The notes below the pieces were generated by a model. It was given only the letters and a program-made list of their open reading frames with translations, was not told where the DNA came from and searched no databases. Position numbers and translations under genes: made by a program. A stretch of DNA of 63,761 nucleotides, the filler included, from Octopus bimaculoides (lineage: Eukaryota), in assembly GCF_001194135.2 (NCBI RefSeq). It is 6 parts of 5 records of this genome, joined end to end, with 100 filler letters (N's around TTAATTAATTAA, not from the genome) between each part and the next. Parts side by side here need not be neighbours in the genome. Positions count along the whole stretch, not along the records: positions 36,150 to 46,103 come from NW_026332907.1; positions 46,204 to 61,524 come from NC_068984.1; 4 more parts are not named here. One strand, written 5' to 3'. Shown here one piece after another: positions 39,703-51,322 of the stretch. Each line of letters opens with the position of its first letter. Position 1 is the stretch's first letter.

Positions 39703-40845
39703 CTATAAAGATAATACAACAAAAATCATGTAGATTAACAAAAATATAACAGTGACGAACAAAAAGACGATGTCAAGCTTTTGATATGCATACATATGCT
39801 TCTTAGAGTGAATTGTATTTTTGAAGTTTAACTTCGCATCATAAGGCTGCTCAATAATTCCGATTTTATTTTTTGACCCTGTTTGTTTAAATCTGAATTT
39901 TGGTATTGAATTATTTTTCACTGTAGCCTGGTCGACATACATTCTACACCCAATTATGGAGATAAGTGTAGAAAAGCCGCTGACAAGTGTCAGAATTAAA
40001 AGATATAACAAGTACATTGACATCCCGAGAGACTTCGTACCCAATACTTTGGCCGTTTCTGTCAGATAGACAACATTGGCAAGGAAAATTGTGATTGCAA
40101 CTGAAACCTTCTCTCCCGATTCAGCAGGCAATAAATACACGCCTAAGTTCAGTATTGTCAGCATTATTGGGAATATGAAGTATGTTAATGTTTCACTCAT
40201 AAATTTTCTTTTTGCGAAAATAGTAACACTAGCCGATATGATTTCCTTTTCAGTAACGTTCCCTACAGCAAACTTATATTCCCACTTATCTGCTTCCGCA
40301 TTATGCAAATTGTTAAAAGAAAAGCTTTGCATGGTTTTCTCTATATTCTCCTGATGACCTAAGCAGACGGTAATATTACATTCATGTTCATCTAAAGGAT
40401 ATTTAAGCATGTTAATTGTACAGTGAGTTTGGAAAATTCCATCCATATGTAAAGACACTGATCCGTCATATTTTACAGTGGCTCCTTCTCCTTCATGTTG
40501 AGAAAATTTGCCTGACATATCGTTACATATGGAAACAGTAGGATACCATATGTCATCTACATTTACGCTTATGTAAGTTATATTTTTCATTGTTGTATTC
40601 CACAGCAAGTAGATATCTTTCCATGATAAACCAAGCACAACTTTGCTTGTAAGCAAAGCTTTTTGAATATCTAATTCAATTATTTTAAACATTTCAAGGA
40701 ATACATCTACTTTCACTATGTCTTCATCATTATGGACAGGCCTCTCGCTTTTCGTGTAATTTTGAAGCAACATTGATCGCAGAATGCTTTTCTCAGAAAT
40801 AGCGTTCACATTAACCGCTAGTAATAAGATAGCTATGAATTTCAT
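39703..40845 (-). CDS. Intronless Cys-loop ligand-gated ion channel subunit, atypical nicotinic-acetylcholine-receptor-like; probable cephalopod chemotactile receptor (CR) family member, 380 aa
   Basis: Uninterrupted ORF. Signal peptide MKFIAILLLAVNVNA; nAChR-like motifs ERPV, W-x-D-x-x-L-x-W-N (WKDIYLLWN), IWYPTV; Cys-loop C142-x13-C156 (CTINMLKYPLDEHEC); pre-M1 KRK; M1-M2 LPAESGEKVSVAITIFLA; M3; ~55-aa M3-M4 loop; terminal M4. No loop-C YxCC. Channel fold ~0.97 certain; CR-family assignment ~0.8. Confidence 0.95.
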   Translation of the reverse strand: MKFIAILLLAVNVNAISEKSILRSMLLQNYTKSERPVHNDEDIVKVDVFLEMFKIIELDIQKALLTSKVVLGLSWKDIYLLWNTTMKNITYISVNVDDIWYPTVSICNDMSGKFSQHEGEGATVKYDGSVSLHMDGIFQTHCTINMLKYPLDEHECNITVCLGHQENIEKTMQSFSFNNLHNAEADKWEYKFAVGNVTEKEIISASVTIFAKRKFMSETLTYFIFPIMLTILNLGVYLLPAESGEKVSVAITIFLANVVYLTETAKVLGTKSLGMSMYLLYLLILTLVSGFSTLISIIGCRMYVDQATVKNNSIPKFRFKQTGSKNKIGIIEQPYDAKLNFKNTIHSKKHMYAYQKLDIVFLFVTVIFLLIYMIFVVLSL

Positions 40846-42989
40846 TGTTGTTATATGAAGGTAAACTATTTCTTCCCTTTGTTGGTTTGTTACTTTAAAG
40901 GGCTCAGTAGTTTTCGATTTCTGAATTAACTTGAAACGTTAAATATCCATGTAGAATAAGCATTCCGCTTGACAAAATATAACTGTATATTTTATGCATG
41001 AAAATATGTAAAATATTTGCCTTTGGCAAAAGTGTGTTTCAGAAATGTATAGACAAAAGAAAAGTACGAGCATGCAGACAAGATTTCTCGCTAAGATTGC
41101 ATGAATTCTCTACATTCTGTAGTTGGTAAAATTTTGTGAATATTTTCAGCCAAGTTACAATGAATTAGTTTCTTTCATCTACCGTCGCTCTCAAATGAAG
41201 TTACCTAAACTCATTTGACAGTCATAATTTTCTGTTCTTTGACGCTCTACCCCCTCTCTGTCTCTCCCTATCTCCCTCTCTCTCTCATCTCTTACGTTCT
41301 CATTTTCCGTCTTTGATTATAGCTCCATTCTTTTTAAGCCATGTATTTCTGGATCTTTTTTTAAAATTACAGCATTGTGCTAAGTATTTTTTCTAAGTAT
41401 ATTTAAAAGCCGTTTCAACTACTTTGATTTGAAATACTGAATTATTACTTTATTATTACTGAATCATTTAATTAATAAGGAGCAAGTAAGATAATATTAT
41501 AAAACAAATTCCTCTGAGACTACAAGCGACGGGACATTTGAGATTTACATTGTAACGGTTGTAAGTATAAAATCATGCTTCTTACACTGAATATGCACTG
41601 AGTATCGTTATTGTATTCATTACTTGTTTATAGATCAATTGTCTGCATTTACTTTAACGTTCTCTTTTCCTTTTATGCATTTTGTACAAAAGAATATGCA
41701 TAAGTACATAACAGCATTTCAAACCGATCCCTTATAATATTATTTGCCTAGAAAATACTTTTGTCATTTTTGGCTAACGCATTCAACGAGTTAAAACGTT
41801 CTAAATTGGTCCCAGTAATAATAACAATAAGATTGTTAACAATATAAAATTTTATTTCTTTTCTTTTCCGGACAGCCGAGTAGGCAAGTCCAAATATTTG
41901 TTATCTGACATTCTACTGCTCAAAATGTTAAATTTATATATGAAACACACATGTCTATGCACCTAAGCACGCAGAACTATTTGATTTCCGCACAAACAAA
42001 CGACTAAAATCTATAACAAAATCACGAGATAAATCTGCCACAAAAACAATATATCATAGAGTTCCCTAATGATAAAAAGAGAAATAATCTAGATATCTGG
42101 AGCAGAAAAACAACGTTTTTACTGCGGGTTTTCATTAACATATAGAGAGATAGAAGTGTACAAACACACACACACACATAAACATTCAAGCTCATACACA
42201 TACTTACATACTGATATTCTTTTCTTTATTCGTTTATTCTTTTACTTCTTTCAGTCGTTTGACTGCGGCCATGCTGGAACACCGCCTTTTAGTCGAACCA
42301 ATCGACCCTAGGGGTTTGTAAGCCTAGTACGTATTCTATATGTCTCTTTTGCCGAAACTCTAAGTTACGAGGACGTAAACATACCAGGATCGGTTGTCAA
42401 GTGATGGTGGTGGGACAAACACAGACACACAGACATATGTATGTATGTATGTATGTATGTATGTTTTCTAAGGCAATCGTGTCGTCAAAAATATGTACAT
42501 ACATTTTATATTGAAATAAGTAAATGGACACAGGAAAAGAAATAATGGAATTAACTTTATTCTTTAATTTATTCGCTCTGTCGTTTGATATCATCACAAG
42601 TTATAGCACCTATAGATCAGGGTTTGTGCTGTGTGATGGTGAGGTTTGAATTTCTATCATCGTTTAGCTTATTTAAACTTCGTTGTTTCTCGCTTGTAAA
42701 CATTTGTCGCAAATTTTACTTCTATCGAATTGTTGTACTCTAACCATAGTAAAAACCTTTCACTGTTTTTCACTAACTCAGTTTTCTATACTGACAATTT
42801 TCTTCACTCAATTCTATTCTATTAGTTGTTATATAGATCTTCAAAGCAGCTATGGTATTATGAGGATGTCAATTACTCACCCTGTATCTAAAAATGGTCA
42901 CATGGTTGTTGTTACATAAACGTAAATATTGTCAGACATCCATTTATGACTTTCGTGGGCTTTCTGAAAAATAGTGAAAATTGTTGAAA

Positions 42990-43420
42990 CTCGGTTGGAG
43001 TTCCACTGTGTACTTCAACCATGCTGGGTTTAATAAGTGTGTACAGCAACTCAACGTAACCAGCAGCATAAATCTAAGCCCTTGTAAGAAGATTCGACGT
43101 AGTATGACAGGTTCGTCGTTGTTCTGCTCCCACAGAAGAAGCAATCATTCACATTTGCTGGAAACCTGCGGTGCATAAGTCTGTGGATATCAGAAATGAT
43201 CTGCATATAAGCATTTGTCATTTCTTCTAGACTTTTGAGATTCATCGAAGATTTACCACACCAGAGTAATAATGCAAGCCATATTCGAGATGGTTAATTA
43301 ACCGATAGGCACATATCAAATGTTCTTGTGTTTGTTTTACACATATAAATTGGTCTCTCAATATATACCTATGTCTAATACCCTCGTGTACCACTGTCCT
43401 AATAACCCACTCATACACCT
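42990..43420 (-). mobile_element. Old L2/CR1-like LINE RT C-terminal remnant
   Basis: Minus frames ICAYRLINHLEYGLHYYSG, MNLKSLEE, AEQRRTC echo LY...IRPHLEY.S..W / LE..Q / LE.RR. Confidence 0.4.
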
Positions 43421-43923
43421 GAAGTTATTTGATGATAGAGCTCCCTTATTTCCTATAATCATCATCGATAATATTTTGAACCCTTTGAATGAATCACAGT
43501 GTCCTTATTGAGTCTGAATATTCAGAATGTTTTGGTCTCTTTAATAGAGTTGAATAATTCCCGGCAGAGACTTTCAATTCAATCTAAAATTTGTGCACAA
43601 AAAATCTTGCAAAATTAAAAAAGTTAACAATTTTTAAATCACCGACCTCGTTTATTTGACAACAATGACTGCATGTCTATTAATTTCTTGTATTTGCAAT
43701 TTTATCGCCATGGAGATTATTGAACTGATAATTACGGAAGGATACCTAAAGGAAACTGGGATTTTGCAATATTATATTATTCGTTTAGATTTACATGTTT
43801 ACACTTTTACATGTTTACAATTTTATTGCAATTTGAATTATTCTCCATTTCAAACAATGCCGAGGCCCGGGCGCGTTTTCCTCTATTCGAAGCAATGCTG
43901 AAACCCTTGCGAAGTTTTTGTTT

Positions 43924-44480
43924 TCACATCTTCCACATCGGCAAATTCCTTTCGTCACCATTATTGAACTTCGAGAAAAGGTCCTGACTTACTTCTAACT
44001 TTTCATTCAGTTCACGACAGGCATTCAGTCGTGACTGGTTTTGATCTTCCATGAGTAAGTGAAGCACAAATTTTGCTGCAACTCGTTTCATTCGCAATTT
44101 CTCGCTCAAAATTCGTTGGCGGGAGGTCCAGAACACAACAGTCATATCAAAAAATTCGTCAATTATCTGGTGATGGTCCTCCAAGATGAGTTCATGAATT
44201 TTCATGAAGTTTTCATTCCTTTAGGAGTTCCCCAGTCGTCTTCAGCACGTTTGATCTGTAACTGATAAGTGACCGAACTTAAAGCGTGGTAACCACTCGT
44301 AAACATATGTTTTGCTCATGGAAGCGCACTTGTAAGCTGTTTGAAGCATGAAAACTGTTTCCGCTGCCGTTTTCCTCAGCAGGAAACAGAATTTTATGGA
44401 AGCACGTTGTTCCTTCGTTTCAGCCACCCTAAAAATCGACGAACAGGGGAGAAGGATTGCAAACCAACGATGCTCCACAT
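43924..44480 (-). mobile_element. Defective mariner transposase (5' half)
   Basis: EQRASIKFCFLLRKTAAETVFMLQTAY..MSKTYVYEW..RFKFG, then ILSEKLRMKRVAAKFV.HLL..DQ.QSRLNACREL..GDE. Confidence 0.9.
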
Positions 44481-46840
44481 AGCAGTAGGATTGTATCAGA
44501 CGACGCCAGTCGGCAGACTAATGCCTGAGGTTTGCAGCTGTCCCACTTTATTCCGATGTTTTTTGTTTTGTTTAGGTACGAAGTCATTACATTTAAATGA
44601 ACTCAAGAAGTCGATACCATCGACATTATTATTTACCTCGTACTTATTTGGTCGATAACGAAATTTTAAGGGTGAATATTTGAAATAAGCAAAGTTTGAA
44701 CCAAGAAGATAGATGCATTGATTTAATACAGGTAACTAAATTAAACACAAGTTGCTAACCATTTTAAGTTTATTCTCTCATTTATATGCATTCTATATCT
44801 ATAAAAGCCTTCGAAATACACAGATCATCCATTACAGATTATTATAGCATGTGGATACTTTGCCATACGTTTATTTTATCTCCTGGTTCAAAATTCTTCC
44901 AACTACTAATACTGACGTTACGTGATTTTATTCTAATTCAACATTCGTTCTCAATTCACATATATCTCTAAGAGATGTTATTTTTGCTTTTGAATATCTT
45001 ACACTGAGGCGATTTTATATCTTGTATCAGTTAAGAACAATTGAGAAAGAAAAAAATTAACACATGTGATTCTGTGGGCTAGCATTAAAATGATACAATT
45101 TTGTTAGCTTGAAGGTAAATGTAAATGTGTGTAATCGCGTTGTACATTAAATAGAGAAGTTTCATTTTGATGACAATATTACTACTATACATTTGTGTTT
45201 ATGTATATACGCTGTTGGTTTTATTGCGATTGTAGGTGTGATGAATTTATTAACCTGCGATGATTATATATACATGTTTCCTGTCAAAACTTTCATTTCT
45301 ATTTTATTGTTCCCTCCACGCACTTGATATTTTGTATTCATTTTCAGATTTTATGAACCGTTATTCACTTGGGTTAAACAAACTCGATAACATATGAAAT
45401 ATTCATAGCTAAGTCAGTTATGTATTCAATGAAAAGTATATTTTAATGTATACGTGCTTATTTAACAAACAATAAAATACGATAAGCAAAGAGAGAGAAA
45501 CTGCTAAGCTTCAGCACATTTATTTCTTAATGCATTATGATTGCTATAATGAAATAAAGCAATATATAGCAACAGAGAGAAATGGTATGCCGCTATTGCT
45601 CATTTGTATCTACTTGAAATGCTGTAACCATTTTCCAGAAATGAGTGAAATATTGTAAACACTAATACATTTACTCCAAATTATGAATAGTTATAGAACC
45701 TCGAAATGTAACAGTATCACTTAAACTACAATGTGTCTGTGTGGTTAAGAAGTTTGCTTTGCGAAAACACGGTTTCGGTTTCTAACCCACAGCGCCGCAT
45801 CAGATTCCACTCACCTCTACTGTAGCCACGAGATGACCAAAGCGTTTTGAATGAATTTGGCAGATGGAAACTGTGCAGAAGCCCAACGTATAATTATATT
45901 TGTATAGGGATGTTTGTGTGTCTTTTTTCTTTGTTCCTCACCCCTTGACTACCAGAGATAGTTTGTATGCCAAAGCAGTAATACAACTTTGCTTAAAGAA
46001 ACTAGATACTCAGATACTGCAGTGGATTTGTTAGGGTAAACCATTCAAGGTGAAACAATGTGTGAAACAAGTAAAGTGTGTGCGTGTATATATATATATA
46101 TATNNNNNNNNNNNNNNNNNNNNNNNNNNNNNNNNNNNNNNNNNNNNTTAATTAATTAANNNNNNNNNNNNNNNNNNNNNNNNNNNNNNNNNNNNNNNNN
46201 NNNGGGTAAGGCGAGATACGTAGTAGTACAGAGGAAGAACAAGAGGGGTAAGGCGAGATACGTAGTAGTACAGAGGAAGAACGAGGGGGGGGGGAGAAAG
46301 GAAAGAGAAAGAGATAGAGTAGCGTCGGAGGATAAGTTTACGAACTACTTACAATTTTTGTGAGACGCTGCGTTCAATCATGTAAAAACAAAAGTAAATG
46401 AGTATATGCATATATACGTACAGGTATGTGCATACCGACATCCACCTGTATGTATAGGTGCATATCTGGGTACAGGACATTGCACACAAACGTAGACGAG
46501 AACACACATGTCATGGTCTCGTATGGTACGGCCAGTTAATAGAAGACTGTTATATAGTGAAAGTCTTCAAAATTTCCATGTTTTTAATCGAACACATCGA
46601 CATCAGCTCTTCTGTTTTTTTGTGCCTGGTACTTCTTTTATTGAAAGTCACTGGAATGGCATGTCCTGTAGAGTTTCTACAGAAGATTAGCCTCTTAGGA
46701 ACAGAAAAGATTATCAGGGAGGTTTTGAGTATTTGACGGATTATTGAAAGTTTGCGAATATCTAAAATTACAGTTAGGAAACCGCTACCCACATAAATTC
46801 CACCGAGTTGAACAACAAAAATAATATTACTGGTTTTCAA

Positions 46841-47068
46841 AGGCGGCGAGCTGGCAGAGACGTTAACACGTTATTACGCCGGGCGATATGCTTAGCGGTA
46901 TTTCGTCTGTCTTTATGTTCTGAGTTCAAATTCCTCCGAGATCGTCTTTGCCTTTTATCCTTTGGGAGTCGATAAATTAAGTATTAGTAGTGTACTGGGG
47001 TCGATTTAATCGACTGACCCCTTCCCCAAAAAATTTCGGATCTTGAGCTTAGAGTAGAAAAGAATATT
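46841..47068 (+). mobile_element. SINE family B
   Basis: aggcggcgagctggcaga..gagttcaaattcc.ccgag.tcg.ctttgcc..gtcgataaattaagta..ggggtcgat. Confidence 0.85.
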
Positions 47069-47070
47069 AA

Positions 47071-47239
47071 TGGTTTCAAATTCTAACACAATGCTAGGAA
47101 TTTCACGGTTCTTATTTTATCGACCTCAGATGAATAAAAAGGGAAGTCGACCTCGGCGGAATTCGAACTAAGAACATAAACACGGACGAAATGCCATGAA
47201 GCATTTTGCCCGATGTGCTTACGATGCTGCCAGCTCGCC
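47071..47239 (-). mobile_element. SINE family B, inverted relative to 46841-47068
   Basis: gtcgacctcggcggaattcgaac..gacgaaatgcc..aagcatttt..gctgccagctcgcc is the reverse complement of the family B head. Confidence 0.85.
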
Positions 47240-47241
47240 AA

Positions 47242-47272
<31 letters not shown>

Positions 47273-47576
47273 GATGATGATGATGATGATGATGATGAGG
47301 AGGAGGAGGAGGAGGAGAGGATTGGTGTCGAGTAGAGTGAAAAACCTATAATCATAGTGGCAACGTATTTAAAGGATTACGTCGTAATACGAAACTTAGA
47401 AAGCCGTGATAGTAATCAGGTAACAGTTTAATTAATCATTAGGCTTGTCCTTTCTTTTATATCGTTAATGATGGCTTATTCAGAGGAGTGATTCTTTCTG
47501 TTTCAAATTTAATATTAGTCGCACGAGTATGTGGTGTGTCCTCCTATATGGATACATGAATGTATGTTTTCTGCGG

Positions 47577-47616
<40 letters not shown>

Positions 47617-47769
47617 CCGTTCATACATGCAAGCAACATACATTTATATGTAAGGATATGTGTATATGCATATGGAATTTATGAACGTAGGTGTTTATAT
47701 AGGTATATACATATGTATGTATGTATTATCTATCTATCTATCTATCTATCTATATATATATATTCTTTT

Positions 47770-48671
47770 ATTCTTTTTCTTGTTTCAATTATCTGACTGT
47801 GGCCATGTTGGAGCACCGCCTTTAGTCGGACAAATCGACCCCAGGACTTATTCTTTGGAAGCCTAGTACTTATTCTATCGGAAACTTATGCTGAACCGCT
47901 AAGTTACGGGGACGTAAACACACCAACATCAGTTGTCGAGCGATGGTGGGGGTCGGAACAAACACAGGCATACAAACATATACACACACACATATATACA
48001 TATATATATATATGTGAGTGTGTGTGTGTGTGTGTATATACGGTGGGCTTCTTTCAGTTTCCGTCTATCAAATCCACTCACAAGGCTTTAGTCGCCCCGG
48101 AGCTACAGTAGATGACACGTGCCCAAGGTTCCATGCGGTGGAACTGAAACCAGAACGATTTGGTTGAAAAGCAAGCTTTTTACCATACATCTACACCAAT
48201 CTATATAGATAGATAGGTAGATACATAAATATATATACGCACAGATATATATTACATATTAAAACGTAAATATATGCTCGTTTACTCTTTTACACGTTTC
48301 AGTCATTTGACTGCAGCCATGCTGGAGCACCGCCTTCAGTCGAAGAAATCGACTCCAGGACATATTCTGTGTAGGCCTAGTACTTATCCTATCGGTTACT
48401 TTTGCCGAACCGCTAAGTTTGGGGGACATAAACACACCGACATCGGTTGTCAAACGATGGTGGGGGGACAAACGGATACAAACGCACACACATGAATGTA
48501 CATTCGTATATACTCGATGAGCTTCTTTCAGTTTCCGTCTACCAAATCCACTCACACGGCTTTGGTCGGCTCGAGGCTCTAGTAGTAGACACTTGCCGAA
48601 GGTGCCACGCAATGAGACTGAACTCGGCACCATGTGGTTGGGAAGAAAGTTTCTTACCATATAGCCATGCC
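47770..48671 (-). mobile_element. Two head-to-tail SINE family A copies (~47770-48215 and ~48278-48671)
   Basis: Both align along their length with 3010-3423. Confidence 0.85.
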
Positions 48672-49664
48672 TATATGTATAATATATATATATATANNNN
48701 NNNNNNNNNNNNNNNNNNNNNNNNNNNNNNNNNNNNNNNNNNNNNNNNNNNNNNNNNNNNNNNNNNNNNNNNNNNNNNNNNNNNNNNNNNNNNNNNNNNN
48801 NNNNNNNNNNNNNNNNNNNNNNNNNNNNNNNNNNNNNNNNNNNNNNNNNNNNNNNNNNNNNNNNNNNNNNNNNNNNNNNNNNNNNNNNNNNNNNNNNNNN
48901 NNNNNNNNNNNNNNNNNNNNNNNNNNNNNNNNNNNNNNNNNNNNNNNNNNNNNNNNNNNNNNNNNNNNNNNNNNNNNNNNNNNNNNNNNNNNNNNNNNNN
49001 NNNNNNNNNNNNNNNNNNNNNNNNNNNNNNNNNNNNNNNNNNNNNNNNNNNNNNTATACATGCATACATACACACTATTACAGTGTAGAAGACACTTAAT
49101 AGCCTTTCAAAAAACACAAAATCTTTTAGCTTCACTTATACACTTAATATGTAGTATCAACATTTTCGTTGTATCATCTGTAACTGAATCACTGACACCG
49201 TTTCATTGCAAATGGCTTGAGGCATACATATATATAAGGAATGTTTATCGCCACTTCAGCATGGCTGTTTCGTAGGAATTGACGTTACTATCATTTTAAC
49301 ACCAGAAGGACACCTCCTCTAGTTGATTATTCGATGCAATGTGCACCCGATATATATATCGCAAGCAGAGGAGTGAACTCCTATCATCTTCCAACGACCG
49401 GACTACCAGGTTTCGAGCTCAAATTTTGGCACAACACCTGCAATTTTGGGAAAGGTAAAAGTCGATTACACTAGCCCCAGTACTCAAGTTGCACTTATTT
49501 TATCGACTGCGACAGGATGAAAAGCAAAGTCGACCTCGATAGAATTTGAACTCAGATTGTAAAGACTATCGAAGTGCTGCTAACCATTTTGTCCGGCGTG
49601 CTAACGATTCTTTTCTACTCTAGGCACAGTGCCCGAAATTTGCACGCACACACACACACACATA

Positions 49665-49705
<41 letters not shown>

Positions 49706-50837
49706 GTAACGGGCTTCCACATATAGTGTATGTTGTCTGTGTCGTGTTTGTGTTTGAACCCCACATTACTTGACGATGGTGTTGGCTTGTGTACGTCCCG
49801 TGATTTAGCGGATCGACAAAAGAGCCGATTGCATAAATAGAGTTCATTGGTTCGATTAACATTCTTAAAAGCTGTGCCCTAACACGGCTACAGTTCTGTC
49901 NNNNNNNNNNNNNNNNNNNNNNNNNNNNNNNNNNNNNNNNNNNNNNNNNNNNNNNNNNNNNNNNNNNNNNNNNNNNNNNNNNNNNNNNNNNNNNNNNNNN
50001 NNNNNNNNNNNNNNNNNNNNNNNNNNNNNNNNNNNNNNNNNNNNNNNNNNNNNNNNNNNNNNNNNNNNNNNNNNNNNNNNNNNNNNNNNNNNNNNNNNNN
50101 NNNNNNNNNNNNNNNNNNNNNNNNNNNNNNNNNNNNNNNNNNNNNNNNNNNNNNNNNNNNNNNNNNNNNNNNNNNNNNNNNNNNNNNNNNNNNNNNNNNN
50201 NNNNNNNNNNNNNNNNNNNNNNNNNNNNNNNNNNNNNNNNNNNNNNNNNNNNNNNNNNNNNNNNNNNNNNNNNNNNNNNNNNNNNNNNNNNNNNNNNNNN
50301 NNNNNNNNNNNNNNNNNNNNNNNNNNNNNNNNNNNNNNNNNNNNNNNNNNNNNNNNNNNNNNNNNNNNNNNNNNNNNNNNNNNNNNNNNNNNNNNNNNNN
50401 NNNNNNNNNNNNNNNNNNNNNNNNNNNNNNNNNNNNNNNNNNNNNNNNNNNNNNNNNNNNNNNNNNNNNNNNNNNNNNNNNNNNNNNNNNNNNNNNNNNN
50501 NNNNNNNNNNNNNNNNNNNNNNNNNNNNNNNNNNNNNNNNNNNNNNNNNNNNNNNNNNNATTACCATTATTATTCTCGATCGTTATTATTCCCCCTCTCC
50601 TCCTCCTCATCATCAACATTATATTTTCTCGTTTCTCTCCTTATCTTCATCATTGTGATTACCATTATTATTCTCGATCGTTATTATTCCCCCTCTCCTC
50701 CTCCTCATCTTTCTCTTTCTCTTCCTCCTCCTCCATATTATCTTGGCATACCATCCTCCTTTTCATCAGCATCATTATCATCTATCGCCACTACAACAAT
50801 CACAATCACCACCACCACCACCACCACCACCACTAAA

Positions 50838-50898
<61 letters not shown>

Positions 50899-51267
50899 GA
50901 TGTATATGTATTTCAATTGGCGATATATTGAAAAATAGGGCTCATACATACGATGTGTCTTACATAAGAGTATATNNNNNNNNNNNNNNNNNNNNNNNNN
51001 NNNNNNNNNNNNNNNNNNNNNNNNNNNNNNNNNNNNNNNNNNNNNNNNNNNNNNNNNNNNNNNNNNNNNNNNNNNNNNNNNNNNNNNNNNNNNNNNNNNN
51101 NNNNNNNNNNNNNNNNNNNNNNNNNNNNNNNNNNNNNNNNNNNNNNNNNNNNNNNNNNNNNNNNNNNNNNNNNNNNNNNNNNNTGTATACATATATATAT
51201 ATATATATATATATATCATCGCAGAAAATATATATACATACATATATATGTATATACATACATGCAT

Positions 51268-51322
<55 letters not shown>

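Noticed and set aside
40076-40354. 92-aa plus-strand ORF overlapping the receptor
   Set aside because: Antisense shadow of the real CDS.
45031-45114. 84-nt segment bounded by acceptor-like and donor-like sites
   Set aside because: Stops in all three frames; no evidence of transcription.
46204-46282. 42-bp tandem duplication at a gap edge; similar 98-bp-period duplication at ~50560-50709
   Set aside because: Both abut gaps, so they may be assembly artefacts; no functional signal.
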